A stretch of 63,973 nucleotides of DNA, filler included, from Octopus bimaculoides (GCF_001194135.2; 4 parts of 3 records of this genome joined end to end with filler, not necessarily neighbours in it), one strand, 5' to 3'; positions 50,461 through 62,767 are shown, counted from the first letter of the whole stretch. Notes: generated from the letters alone by a model not told the origin. Numbers and translations are program-made.

Positions 50461-52269
50461 ACCAGTAAATTCACATACTGATCGTAACACTATCATTTCA
50501 TATTATCACATCAATCTAATTCCTACCCAACACTTTTACGATCTCGAGTGTATCACACCACCCATGAACAACGTTTTCGTCTCCTTCACACATGACAATA
50601 AAAACAAAATGAGTCACATCTTATTACTAGAATGTAATGACCAGTCTGTTTGATTTGGCTGAGTTCCATATTGAAAATGTAATAATGTTCAACAGAAAAA
50701 AGATTTTGTACTTCAATTTTTGATTATCCTTAATTGAATTAAGTAATTTTAATTGAAGAATAACATAGATTTATTTGATATAAATATTTAATCAATCAAT
50801 GCACCCATTCTCATAAAGGATAAGATATAGAAAAACAAAACAGCTCATCTTTCTTTTCCTCTGTCTCCCGCTTTGTTTTTCTCCTTTCTACCCCTCCTCT
50901 CTCTCCCTCTCTCTTTCTCTCTGTTTTGTATCAGTCTGCTGCAGTAATTGTTATTGAAAGGAGCTTGTACATTAAGCAATTTAGTTAATTTAATAGAATT
51001 TTTAGTTTAATAGGATTTCTTTCCAAGATAATGCAAATTCCTGCAAGTTCTTGAAATGATCTCATATCAGAAATTAACGTACAGCTGAAGCCGAAGAAGT
51101 GTATGAGAATAATCCTTAAATACATGTACACAGTACATGTTGCTGAAATAGATTATACTTGAAAAGCGTTGCTTTAATGATAACGCTGTGCTCTAGTATA
51201 TGAACTTCATTACAACTAATATTAAATCTCTTTCTCAAATTTCCTCAAACAACAATAACTGGGATGTTTCTGTTTTGTATATTTGCTGTCAATAATGATT
51301 TTTAAGGCACAGAACTGCAATTTTCAGATGTGCAGCACAATTGAAGGTAATGGTGCATGAAATCGACGCACGGATGTTAACCCTAGTTTATAAATAGATT
51401 CTTTAGCCGGAGTTGGATTTTCAAATGTAACTTCATCTACACTAAAGACTTTTAAGCAACAAAATGCTACGGTTTACAACTTTTACTTTCCGAGAAGACA
51501 AGGGATCCATTTCTATGTGCTGTAACTGTTACTGGTTCTCCCTTTAATCATACTTTACCGTTCTTTTAAAAGCTGGAAATATATATTGCATAATGTAAAT
51601 TGAGATATATTATGTGTAAAAATAAGACGGGAAATTTCACCGCGATAACAACTTTCAAAACATAATTTATGTTTCCCCTGTGAATATAATAAAAGCAATT
51701 CTTCCATGCAATTAGAAACTGCAGTTATATCGCAAGCATTCTTCAGTGTTTAGAAGCCGTTTAAACCCAGCCGTTTGATTATAGTCCTACAGTTCTTCTG
51801 TTAGAATCTTTTGTATCAGTGCAAACTCTCACCTGATTGGCTCTTCATCTCTATGACAAGAAACCATTTCCAAGGAGTAAAAACATTTTTGCATTTACTT
51901 TTTTTCAGAGTTTCTCCTTTTTAAGGTCTCCGTTTGGCTCGAAAGAGTCGTCATACCTCCTGAAAATCACATAGCAGCATTTCTTTTTTGTAAAAAAGAA
52001 AAGAATACGTTGCATGGTCTATTTCGACATTGACTATTCTCAATAAAAAGGAGGAGTGATCATGGTTCATATGACATCAATCATAATTCTGCTGGATTAA
52101 GACTGACCAAGCGGGGATGTTAGCAACAACCACCAGATTATTCAATCACAAGATTGTCCAAATGATACAGCGTCATCCTTCAAACACTCAACGATACATT
52201 TTGTTAGCCTTTACGTCTGTCTTAAAAATTATCTCCAAGCTAAATATCTTTATATGTATGTATGTATGT

Positions 52270-52895
52270 ATGTCATTATTTTTTTTTCAAGATTGCTTGC
52301 CAATAAAGAGCCGGTTTCTAAGCTAGATCCAAGGCTCCTTCGTTGGAATTTCAACAACACCAACAGAGTATTTTGCATGTATGTATGTATGTATGTAGTA
52401 TGCATGTATGTATGTAGTATGCATGTATGTATGTAGTATGCATGTATGTATGTAGTATGCATGTATGTATACGTTCAGGTTTATATGTTTTGTTCTATGT
52501 ATGTCTTCTCATGCATATAATTGCATATCTAGACATTTAATAAACTTCTAGGAAGTTTTACAGATTTTTACAGTTCCAATGATGACTTGGAAATGTATTC
52601 TTCGAATCAGGTTTCTCCTTTCTTGTTTTGAGAAGCCTAATTTCTCAAGATTGGTATTTAGGCAGTGTGTTACATATCCCAGTGCCCCAATAATTACAGG
52701 TATAAACCTGAACTTCTAATCTGAATAGGGTAACTGTAGATTTCTCAATAGTTCAGCATAGGTATTCTCTTTTTCACTGATCTTCAGCTTTATGTTAATA
52801 TCTGCTGGGCAGCTGATTACTACGAGTTGTATGCAGTTTTCTTCTCTATCCCAAATCATTATATCAGGTCTATTGTGTTTATATCATATTGAGAT
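52270..52895 (-). mobile_element. 5'-truncated RLE non-LTR retrotransposon (R4/NeSL-like endonuclease + 3' UTR) in (CATA)n
   Basis: Minus strand with frameshifts reads KHNRPDIMIWDREENC..ISCPADINIKLKISEK-ENTYAELLRNLQ..KFRFIPVIIGALGYV..GTVKICK. The 3' UTR ends in A9-TAATGA-(CATA)n and the 5' end also abuts a CATA-rich microsatellite. Confidence 0.8.
52378..52468 (+). repeat. 19-bp unit (ATGTATGTATGTAGTATGC) x4-5 inside the RLE element 3' UTR
   Basis: Direct reading. Confidence 0.9.
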
Positions 52896-53149
52896 ATGTA
52901 TGTGTGTTTACATGCATGTATGTTTATATGTATGTATGTAGGTATATATGTATATATATATGAAGGTATGTATGTATGTCCTGAGTATGAGTTTAAACTG
53001 TATCCGGTTGTGGGGCTCTGGTTTGGGAGTTCCAGGGCTTGGAGGAATGTAAAATCACCTCTTAGCTATTGTTGTTCCCAGGTCTACTCTGACCCGGAGT
53101 AGTAGCACCTGTCAGGGTTACAGCTATGTCTTAGCAAGCATATGTGATA

Positions 53150-53680
53150 ACAATCCATCTGAACGCAGGAACATAGAAATGCACTTGGTTGGCGTTAGAG
53201 CACGCAGTAAAACCACAGTGAGTGAGGGACCCTTAGTTGTGGTCACAGCATCCTTCTAGGAGAAGGTTATTCTGATGCAAAACTTGCGTTTCATGTGACT
53301 GCTGGTTATCTTGCTTCGGCTTGTCACGAGGTACTAATCATAGAGACACAAAACGGTAGTCGTGTTGTACAAGCATTTATCACTATAATCCAATAATGTA
53401 CAGATATCTCATTCAGGTGACCTCATTTGTCATTCCATCTTGTGAAAGTCCTATGACAATGGAAAAGTTGCGACATGTCCAAACTTAAACAGTTGGGAGT
53501 GCGCAGTAAGTTGCAGGCTTCGTCTGTCACATTTGATTCAAACCTTGCAAATCTGCAATGGGACAGAATAGTTATCTGAGAGGTCATGGACAGAAAGTCA
53601 GAAATGCCATTGACAACGGGAGAGCACAAGGAGGTTGTGTCATCTGTGACGATGTAGCACGCAATATGTAGTATATAGGT
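53150..53680 (+). mobile_element. Possible degraded RTE 5' region / APE endonuclease start
   Basis: The peptide LANLQWDRIVI*EV..GEH loosely resembles the endonuclease motif WDIIGLSEVR..GE. Many stops. Confidence 0.3.
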
Positions 53681-53783
53681 ATATATATAATATAATATAG
53701 NNNNNNNNNNNNNNNNNNNNNNNNNNNNNNNNNNNNNNNNNNNNNNNNNNNNNNNNNNNNATATATATATATATATATATATA

Positions 53784-53891
53784 TACGATAGGCATCTTTC
53801 AGTTTCCGTCTACCAAAGCCACTCACAAGGCTTTGGTCGGCCCGTAGCTATAGTACTAGAAACTTGCCCAAGGTGCCAAGCAGTGGGACTA
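53784..53891 (-). mobile_element. SINE family A body
   Basis: CTTTCAGTTTCCGTCTACCAAAGCCACTCACAAGGCTTTGGTCGGCCCG..CTTGCCCAAGGTGCC..CAGTGGGACT. Confidence 0.8.
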
Positions 53892-54568
53892 AAAGCATTT
53901 GATATCGTAGCTGAATCAGATACCACTGCTGCAAAATAAATTTGGTCATCGACTTGGTTCGCAAAAATTTGTTACATCGACAAACTGGTGTTATGCTATT
54001 AAGATCTGAGACTGATTTAATGGACTGTACTTCACCTCCTGCCATAAATTCTATAAGTATATTCGAAGTCGCTGTTGTTCATTAGTATTTGCGAGACCGT
54101 ATAAAAGAGAAAGATTTAAAATTACATTTATTCTAGCTTAATCTGTTGAAGCAACGAAATATTACATTCACAGATTTCTCACACACATTTCTTTAGCTGT
54201 TATTTTGTTGAATTGAAATACTTTAAAATTCTGGTAATGTTTGCAAATATATGTTGGTCTTTATCTTAACTTGGAAACAAAATTTTAAGTTTTATTAGAT
54301 TCTACTAAATTGTCTAATGTGTTTAATGTACAAACTCCTTTAAATATGTTCTACAGTTGAAATAAACGAAATTCAAGAGAAAGAGAGAGACAGAGACTCA
54401 GAGAGAATCTAATTATATATTGTACTACACACGATGCTATATGTTTTCCATGAAATAATCAACTGAATTATACATATGCATACATATGCATGTATGCATA
54501 TATATGCGTATGTATGTATGCATGCATTATGTATGTATGTATGTATGTATGTATGTATGTATGTATGT

Positions 54569-54950
54569 AGTGGAGGCACAATGGCCCAGTGGTTAGGGCA
54601 GCGGACTCGCGATCATAGGATCGCGGTTTCGATTCCCAGACCGGACGTTGTGAGTGTTTATTGAGCGAAAACACGAGGCTTCGGCAGAGGATGGTGGTGA
54701 ACCCTGCTGTACTCTTTCACCACGACTTTCTCTCACTCTTTCTTCCTGTTTCTGTTGTACCTGTATTTCAAAGGGTCAGCCTTGTCACACTGTGTCATGC
54801 TGAATATCCCCGAGAACTACGTGAAGGGTACACGTGTCTGTGGAGTGCTCAGCCACTTGCGCGTTAATTTCACGAACAGGCTGTTCCGTTGATCGGATCA
54901 ACTGGAACCCTCGACGTCGTAAGCGACGGAGTGCCAACAACAACAACAAA
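54569..54950 (+). mobile_element. Young SINE, family C, full length with (CAA)n tail, inserted next to (TATG)n
   Basis: AGTGGAGGCACAATGGCCCAGTGG..GGAGTGCCAACAACAACAAC. It lacks the ~12-14-nt CTAAA..CTC segment present in the other two copies. Confidence 0.9.
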
Positions 54951-54959
54951 ATGTATGCA

Positions 54960-55030
54960 TCGACAAGACTATTGGATGTTGTTATACACCGTTGTCGCAA
55001 TGCGTTTCCTCTTACTGTTGTAGCTTTCGG
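54960..55030 (-). mobile_element. Short RTE 3'-end remnant related to 11195-11560
   Basis: GATGTTGTTATACACCGTTGTCGCAATGCGTTTCCT versus GATGCTGTTATACACCGCTGGTCACAATGCGTTTCCT near 11245. Confidence 0.5.
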
Positions 55031-55479
55031 ATGCTGCTGGCCTGCTGGCTAGATGATCAGGTTAACATTTCCCATGAGCCGAACGCCATTCTATCGCAGG
55101 GTTAACATGGTTTTTTAAAGGAACCTGGGGCTGGACAATCCGCCCATAATTGAGACATAATTACTGAGACCAACAAATAAGATGGATAATAGTTAGCAGA
55201 TGCAAGTTCAGTGTAAGAGAGAAGTTAAATATACTGACCTTGCCCGGAAACACACTCAATATAAAGGAAGAAACTTTCGTTGCCTGCTCACATACAAAAC
55301 ACTTCAAATTGTAAAACGTCAACCATATGGCAGTCCCAACCAAACATCACACATATATGCAAACATACGAACATGCATACAAACATACAATAATGCACAT
55401 ATGAAAACTTACATAATTATGCATGTATACAGTCACACAAGCATTCTTACATGCTTAAATGCAAACATGCATGCATATA

Positions 55480-55513
<34 letters not shown>

Positions 55514-55636
55514 CAAGGATAGATTCATTCATACTGTCATGCATACACTCATACATATATGCCTATCTATAGATACAGTGATGAATATATACACTCACTC
55601 CTGTATTCATATATCTATAGATACCTATAGTCATGC

Positions 55637-55690
<54 letters not shown>

Positions 55691-55762
55691 ATTTGGTGAT
55701 GAAAACAGGGGATATAGAACTCTTAACATGAGTTTATACACATTTTCTGATTAATATTTAGC

Positions 55763-56090
55763 TACCGAGCTGGCAGAATCGTTTTCACACCGGGCAAAAT
55801 GCTTAGCTGCATTTCGTCCGTCTTTACATTCTGGGTTCAAATGTCACCGGAGTCGACTTCGCCTTTCATCTTTTCGGGGTCGATAAAATAAGTACCATAA
55901 AACAAGTACCACAGGGGTCGACTTAATCGACTTAGCCCTTCCCCTGAAATTGCTGGCCTCCTGCCAAAATCTGAAACCAATATTTGGAAGAAGCAGCAAT
56001 TATATATACAATATATATATATTGGTTTCAAATTTTTGCACAAGGCCAGATGCATTTTGTCCGATGTGCTAACGATTCTGCCAGATCACT
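55763..56090. mobile_element. SINE family B (plus, 55763-55982) and an internally deleted inverted copy (minus, 56022-56090)
   Basis: GAGCTGGCAGAATCG..CTGAAACCAA versus TTGGTTTCAAA..GCACAAGGCCAG/..CTAACGATTCTGCCAG. Confidence 0.75.
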
Positions 56091-56103
56091 AGCCTATGCG
56101 TAA

Positions 56104-56170
<67 letters not shown>

Positions 56171-56207
56171 ATNNNNNNNNNNCACACACACACACATATA
56201 TATATAT

Positions 56208-56631
56208 ATAATAAATCTCTGAGCGAGTTATAAACAGTAGCTGCACGACATCGTGAAGTATGTTTGCCACCCAAATGTGGCTAACCCTTAATGGTCGATG
56301 CTACTGTAGCTTGTAGCCCCAGAAAGACATCTCCTCCAGCTGGCTATTGACACACTATCTGTGCCCTATCAGTATTTGCAAAGGGAAGTCATCGTTCCCA
56401 TCTCCAGCCTGACGTGATACACGCAGACCCGAGTTTCTGGGTATTGCATCAGCGTGTGAGAACCACCGGTTGGCGATGGGAAGTGGTTCTCAATGCAAGT
56501 CGTGCAGCTACTGTTTATAACTCGCTCAGAGATTTATTATTGCTTGTTTCCACTTTTTCGAGATCAGTGATTTTTCGTCACTGGAAAAAGTATATATATT
56601 TGCCGTGAAAACCACTTCCCATCGCCAACCG
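56208..56631. repeat. Interleaved inverted repeats A..B A'..B'
   Basis: A 56208-56249 and A' 56499-56540 (42 bp, perfect). B 56467-56488 and B' 56610-56631 (22 bp, runs into the gap). Confidence 0.9.
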
Positions 56632-57037
56632 NNNNNNNNNNNNNNNNNNNNNNNNNNNNNNNNNNNNNNNNNNNNNNNNNNNNNNNNNNNNNNNNNNNNN
56701 NNNNNNNNNNNNNNNNNNNNNNNNNNNNNNNNNNNNNNNNNNNNNNNNNNNNNNNNNNNNNNNNNNNNNNNNNNNNNNNNNNNNNNNNNNNNNNNNNNNN
56801 NNNNNNNNNNNNNNNNNNNNNNNNNNNNNNNNNNNNNNNNNNNNNNNNNNNNNNNNNNNNNNNNNNNNNNNNNNNNNNNNNNNNNNNNNNNNNNNNNNNN
56901 NNNNNNNNNNNNNNNNNNNNNNNNNNNNNNNNNNNNNNNNNNNNNNNNNNNNNNNNNNNNNNNNNNNNNNNNNNNNNNNNNNNNNNNNNNNNNNNNNNNN
57001 NNNNNNNNNNNNNNNNNNNNNNNNNNNNNNNNNNNNN

Positions 57038-57078
<41 letters not shown>

Positions 57079-57481
57079 GTTTGTGTGTGTATTGAACTAT
57101 ATATACAGGAATATAACACGATTTTCTCCTTTCACCACCATGACCTCCACTATCACCACCACAACCTCATATATCTGCACTTCTATTGTCACTATCACCA
57201 CTACTGTCACTATCATCACCACATCCACGACCACAACGACATTACCATGACTACTACAAGCTTCATTACTAATACTACCTTCACTACTACCACCACTAAA
57301 ACACCAGACCGCCATCATTACTATGAATGTCCCCACCAACGCCATCACAACTACGACCAGCTACAAAAAATCACGCCAAAATCTAACTACTACCACCAAC
57401 ACTATCACCAACAACATCACAACTTTTCCCACAATCGCTATCAACATCGTCATCACAACCCCCATCACCAGTATTACCACC

Positions 57482-57579
57482 ACCAACAAACGCCATTACC
57501 AGCAACAAACGCCACCACCACCGACAAACGCCACCACCACCGACAAACGCCACCACCACCGACAAACGCCACCACCACC
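57482..57579 (+). repeat. 19-bp minisatellite (GACAAACGCCACCACCACC), about 5 copies, within a CAC/CAT/CAA low-complexity tract (57130-57600)
   Basis: Unit starts at 57485, 57504, 57523, 57542 and 57561. Confidence 0.9.
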
Positions 57580-58112
57580 ATTAACCACCCTACCTTCACG
57601 ATATATTTTCATCACCCTTTTCGTCAGCCATTTTGTCTCATCAGTTGACGAATTTTTGCGTACTGCCCCCAATAACATATTATGTTCAAATATAGCATGT
57701 TTATTTGCCGAGTTAATGTCTCTAGAGAATACGCGGTGTCAATGTTACCTTGTTATGTTAGGCGCCGATTTGACTGCTACGGGCATTGAAAAACTGTTGA
57801 TTACAAGTGAAAAAAGAGATAAAAAAAGGAACTGACAATTTAGGTAACTTAATTTTAGCAGCGGTCAGATATTGGAAAGGAATAATTAAATTATTCTAAG
57901 TGCTCGAAGATAAAATGGTCAGAAAACAATCAAAAAGTTTGGGAACCGCTTTAAAAGTTTGAATATATAATTTTACAAATAATAAATATAAAATAATGTT
58001 TGTGATTGTGTGTGTGTGCGCGCGCGCGTCTGTGTGTATACTTACACATATATAGTGAGAGAGACAGAAAAATGTGTAAATATGTGTAAATATAAAAATC
58101 TCACATATACAT

Positions 58113-58144
<32 letters not shown>

Positions 58145-58863
58145 NNNNNNNNNNNNNNNNNNNNNNNNNNNNNNNNNNNNNNNNNNNNNNNNNNNNNNNN
58201 NNNNNNNNNNNNNNNNNNNNNNNNNNNNNNNNNNNNNNNNNNNNNNNNNNNNNNNNNNNNNNNNNNNNNNNNNNNNNNNNNNNNNNNNNNNNNNNNNNNN
58301 NNNNNNNNNNNNNNNNNNNNNNNNNNNNNNNNNNNNNNNNNNNNNNNNNNNNNNNNNNNNNNNNNNNNNNNNNNNNNNNNNNNNNNNNNNNNNNNNNNNN
58401 NNNNNNNNNNNNNNNNNNNNNNNNNNNNNNNNNNNNNNNNNNNNNNNNNNNNNNNNNNNNNNNNNNNNNNNNNNNNNNNNNNNNNNNNNNNNNNNNNNNN
58501 NNNNNNNNNNNNNNNNNNNNNNNNNNNNNNNNNNNNNNNNNNNNNNNNNNNNNNNNNNNNNNNNNNNNNNNNNNNNNNNNNNNNNNNNNNNNNNNNNNNN
58601 NNNNNNNNNNNNNNNNNNNNNNNNNNNNNNNNNNNNNNNNNNNNNNNNNNNNNNNNNNNNNNNNNNNNNNNNNNNNNNNNNNNNNNNNNNNNNNNNNNNN
58701 NNNNNNNNNNNNNNNNNNNNNNNNNNNNNNNNNNNNNNNNNNNNNNNNNNNNNNNNNNNNNNNNNNNNNNNNNNNNNNNNNNNNNNNNNNNNNNNNNNNN
58801 NNNNNNNNNNNNNNNNNNNNNNNNNNNNNNNNNNNNNNNNNNNNNNNNNNNNNNNNNNNNNNN

Positions 58864-58897
<34 letters not shown>

Positions 58898-58986
58898 ATC
58901 ATACATATATACATATATACCCATAATGCATACACACATAAAGACACACACAAACATATATATAAGTATTGATGTTATATGTACGT

Positions 58987-59022
<36 letters not shown>

Positions 59023-59169
59023 ATTCAAAACTGAAATAGAAGTAGTGCTAGTGTAATAAACATTATTAACTACTTATACTTAACGTGTATGCTTTGTGCA
59101 TTTACTCGCAATGAAGATTACTGCATGGAGAAAAAGTTGGGTATTATAAATATTTCGAGTGACTTGAAA

Positions 59170-59460
59170 TAATGCTATGGATTTCTCCTGCTGTGGACGA
59201 CAATGAGGGCTCTGCAGTTTCTTGCGGAACAACCAGTACAGAGGACTTGCTTATAGTGATCAAATATTTGTGCAGCGCATTAGAACATTTCCCTCCTTCA
59301 AATGGTTATTGTCTGTGCAGATGCACCGTGTGCCATACTTCAGATGGTGAAGTGATTGCAGATCAACGTAAAGTGAAGCGTTTTGCTCAAGAAAGTAACG
59401 AGAACCGAACTGACTATCTCGAGATCGCGAATGAAACATCTTAACCAACAAGCCATGCAC
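59170..59460 (-). mobile_element. Degenerate CORE-like SINE
   Basis: CAACGTAAAGTGAAGCGTTTTGCTCAAG..CTTAACCAACAAGCCATGCACC. Confidence 0.45.
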
Positions 59461-59892
59461 CCAGAACATGGAATATAAGGCTATAACAAAATAGGAATGA
59501 AGATGTTTAAAAGAAAGTAGTGGGAAAACATTTCGGGTATAAATGAGAAACGGTGAATCCACTAAAGAACTAATAAGTGGAGACATTCTTTTCGAGTATC
59601 TGAAACAATGAAGACATTTAAAAGATAAACGAGAGACAGACAAAATTAAAACAATGATATAGTAATAATGTTTCTAGAATTAATGAGCAATTACGTAATG
59701 CTACAGAGGGAATATGAATTGACTAAATAATTTTGTTTAAGAATATATTGTATATATTGCTCTAAAATAATTTGATGCAATCACCTCTAGAGAGCATACA
59801 CACTTGTCTGGCAAATATACGTTTGCGATATTAGCTATATGTCTCGTTCAACTAGGATACATCACAATCGTTAATGTTCTTGAGTCTTATTG

Positions 59893-59958
<66 letters not shown>
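59893..59958. repeat. (CTAT)n microsatellite
   Basis: Direct reading. Confidence 0.97.
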
Positions 59959-59960
<2 letters not shown>

Positions 59961-60020
59961 ATTTGGTATGTGCATGAGTGTAAGCGTCTATGCATATACG
60001 TATATGTATATATATATATA

Positions 60021-60422
60021 TTCTCATACTGGATATATGCGACGCAGTGAATATTTTCTGCAGACATATTCCTGGAATTAGCGCGCCAAAACGAAGACTT
60101 TTGAATTTTACCATTTAGCTGTAATTAGCAGAACCATATACACGCGCACCTATCGCGGTGGGCAACTTTGTATGGGGTTCTGATGATTATGGTTGCATTA
60201 CAAATCAGGCTGAAGAGAAATAGACAGTCGGTAACATTGTTAAATTTTGAAACCGGTCCCTGTTTAATAATGATTCTTTTCGGTGATTTTAAATGTCTTG
60301 CCCACTTACGTTTTGGTATCACGCTATATTTCATGTTGAGAACAATTTAGGTCTTATTAGACACAAGATGTGATCTATTTCTAGCACATTGAATGTCCAC
60401 GTTAGTGGTCAACGTCATATAT
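60021..60422 (+). mobile_element. ~400-bp HHR-bearing dispersed element, copy 2
   Basis: Same 5' and 3' boundaries as 43126-43530. Preceded by TA-rich microsatellite and ends in TATATA. Confidence 0.8.
60203..60265 (+). ncRNA. Minimal type I hammerhead ribozyme, homologue of 43285-43348
   Basis: Reads AAUCAGG-CUGAAGA-[GAAAU AGACAGU CGGUAAC AUUGUU AAAUUUU]-GAAA-CCGG-UC-CCUGUUU. Stem I has 6 of 7 pairs, stem III is palindromic (ACCGGU) and the triplet is GUC. Confidence 0.8.
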
Positions 60423-61126
60423 AAAAATGTACCTTAATCCCCTGAGATTGCAGATACTGATTCNNNNNNNNNNNNNNNNNNNNNNNNNNNNNNNNNNNNN
60501 NNNNNNNNNNNNNNNNNNNNNNNNNNNNNNNNNNNNNNNNNNNNNNNNNNNNNNNNNNNNNNNNNNNNNNNNNNNNNNNNNNNNNNNNNNNNNNNNNNNN
60601 NNNNNNNNNNNNNNNNNNNNNNNNNNNNNNNNNNNNNNNNNNNNNNNNNNNNNNNNNNNNNNNNNNNNNNNNNNNNNNNNNNNNNNNNNNNNNNNNNNNN
60701 NNNNNNNNNNNNNNNNNNNNNNNNNNNNNNNNNNNNNNNNNNNNNNNNNNNNNNNNNNNNNNNNNNNNNNNNNNNNNNNNNNNNNNNNNNNNNNNNNNNN
60801 NNNNNNNNNNNNNNNNNNNNNNNNNNNNNNNNNNNNNNNNNNNNNNNNNNNNNNNNNNNNNNNNNNNNNNNNNNNNNNNNNNNNNNNNNNNNNNNNNNNN
60901 NNNNNNNNNNNNNNNNNNNNNNNNNNNNNNNNNNNNNNNNNNNNNNNNNNNNNNNNNNNNNNNNNNNNNNNNNNNNNNNNNNNNNNNNNNNNNNNNNNNN
61001 NNNNNNNNNNNNNNNNNNNNNNNNNNNNNNNNNNNNNNNNNNNNNNNNNNNNNNNNNNNNNNNNNNNNNNNNNNNNNNNNNNNNNNNNNNNNNNNNNNNN
61101 NNNNNNNNNNNNNNNNNNNNNNNNNN

Positions 61127-61200
<74 letters not shown>

Positions 61201-61204
61201 ATCT

Positions 61205-61320
61205 TCTACTTGTTTCAGTCAGACTGCGGCCATGCTGGGGCACCGCCTTGAAGAATTTTTAGTCGAATCAATCGATCACAGTACTCACTTTTGCTTTTTA
61301 AAGCCTGATACTTATTCTTG
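61205..61320 (-). mobile_element. SINE family A tail
   Basis: CTACTTGTTTCAGTCAGACTGCGGCCATGCTGGGGCACCGCC, similar to the 4040-4110 and 49018 tails. Confidence 0.65.
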
Positions 61321-62039
61321 TAGTATAGGCTCAACAACTGTGAAAAATAGGGAAATTGTAGCAAAACGAACTTTTACGGCTTATGGAGTGAATAATACGC
61401 ATGAATACATACAAATAACGATAAGCAGCTTTGCATAAGTTTGGTTGAATGAAGAGAAAAATGTTAAAGGCAAAAAAGCTGGAAAAGTTTTAGTCATCAC
61501 TTTACGTCTTTACAACATTTGAACGAATATAGGTTCTTACTGTGCTTAATCCTTGGGGAAATCGTATTGAATTTAAACCCGAGATTGCTCCTTTGGCATT
61601 CCTGAGTTAAATTCCCACCAAGAAAATCTACACGGACAAATTATTTTTGGAGTAATGCCAGAAGTGATCACAATTATGCCAGGACATGATTCATTAGTCG
61701 CTTTTCTATTGAAAAATAGGGCTTTGTGCAAAGAAATGGTATCACAATATTTCAAAGACATTGTTTAATCATCGAATGCTGAAGACATTCACATTCACAG
61801 TTCAGTTGTGGCACAAAGGCCATTATTGACGGAAAATGTGCCAATAATTGCTCAAAAAGCATGTTTTTTATGTCATATTCCGTTGATAAATAGGATTTTG
61901 TGCATCACAAATACACTCATAACACTCCTTATACATTGCTGCAATTTTTGACACCAAAACATTAAAACTGGCAACGTAGATTTGCTTCAATTGGATGCAA
62001 AATTGATACTTCGTTAAGTGGATTTAATCTAACATTCAA

Positions 62040-62362
62040 AGTACAAGGTAAGGGCCAGACTTTGGATCGCGTCAGTGTGTTTCTGCCCTCTCCCATGTTC
62101 GCGCACGGCCAACTGTATATCGCGATTCAACTAATTTGAAACTTAGTTGTGGGCAAACGGAGAATACTGTTTACAAAGAGGTTTTGTAAAGATAGCACTA
62201 TGAATGAGTTATGTAAATGTTTATACATATATTGTTCAATAAGGTATACTATATAGTTTGGCACTATCAAATATAATGAATAAAAGTAAGTACATTACAA
62301 CCTAAATTGTCTAGATTTGCACCCTGCTCTTATCACCCATCGTAGATGGGTAAGTTTGCTAG
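62040..62362 (+). mobile_element. Helitron 3' end (helicase C-terminal remnant + hairpin + CTAG)
   Basis: GQTLDRVSVFLPSPMFAHGQLYIA (helicase motifs V/VI) and TENTVYKEVL*. Hairpin ACCCATC-GTA-GATGGGT at 62335-62351, then CTAG at 62359-62362 followed by T. Confidence 0.85.
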
Positions 62363-62767
62363 TATACATAATTATAACAAGAGGTCAGCTATGTGCCTCA
62401 CCACGTACTGAATTAGAAATAGACGCTAATATCTTTTTTACTACCATAAAAATTTCTGGAGATTTTTATGATAGTTAAAATTATGTATATAATTATAGAA
62501 TAATTTATATATATATATATATATTGAACTAATAAATAGCGTACTGATGTGCTGAGTAAAGCACTGGCATAGTTTGGGCTACCTGATGTCATCCGCAGTA
62601 TGAATGTACCTGATGTGACCCAGACTGCAAGATTGGTGCAACATAGTATGATGCACAGCATCCCACCAATAAAGGACAGTTATAGGATAGGTGGAAACGA
62701 TAGTCGTACAAAATAAAGGGTTATACCAATTCTACCTTCTGTTTATTTAATCGATTATATATATATG

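Noticed and set aside
57605-57650. Minus-strand CUGAUGA-GAC..GAC-GAAA
   Set aside because: No stem II pairing, stem III or cleavage triplet; a chance match.
57085-57835. His/Thr/Pro-rich ORFs of 170-187 aa
   Set aside because: Imperfect trinucleotide and 19-bp repeats that are open in several frames, with no splice or homology support.
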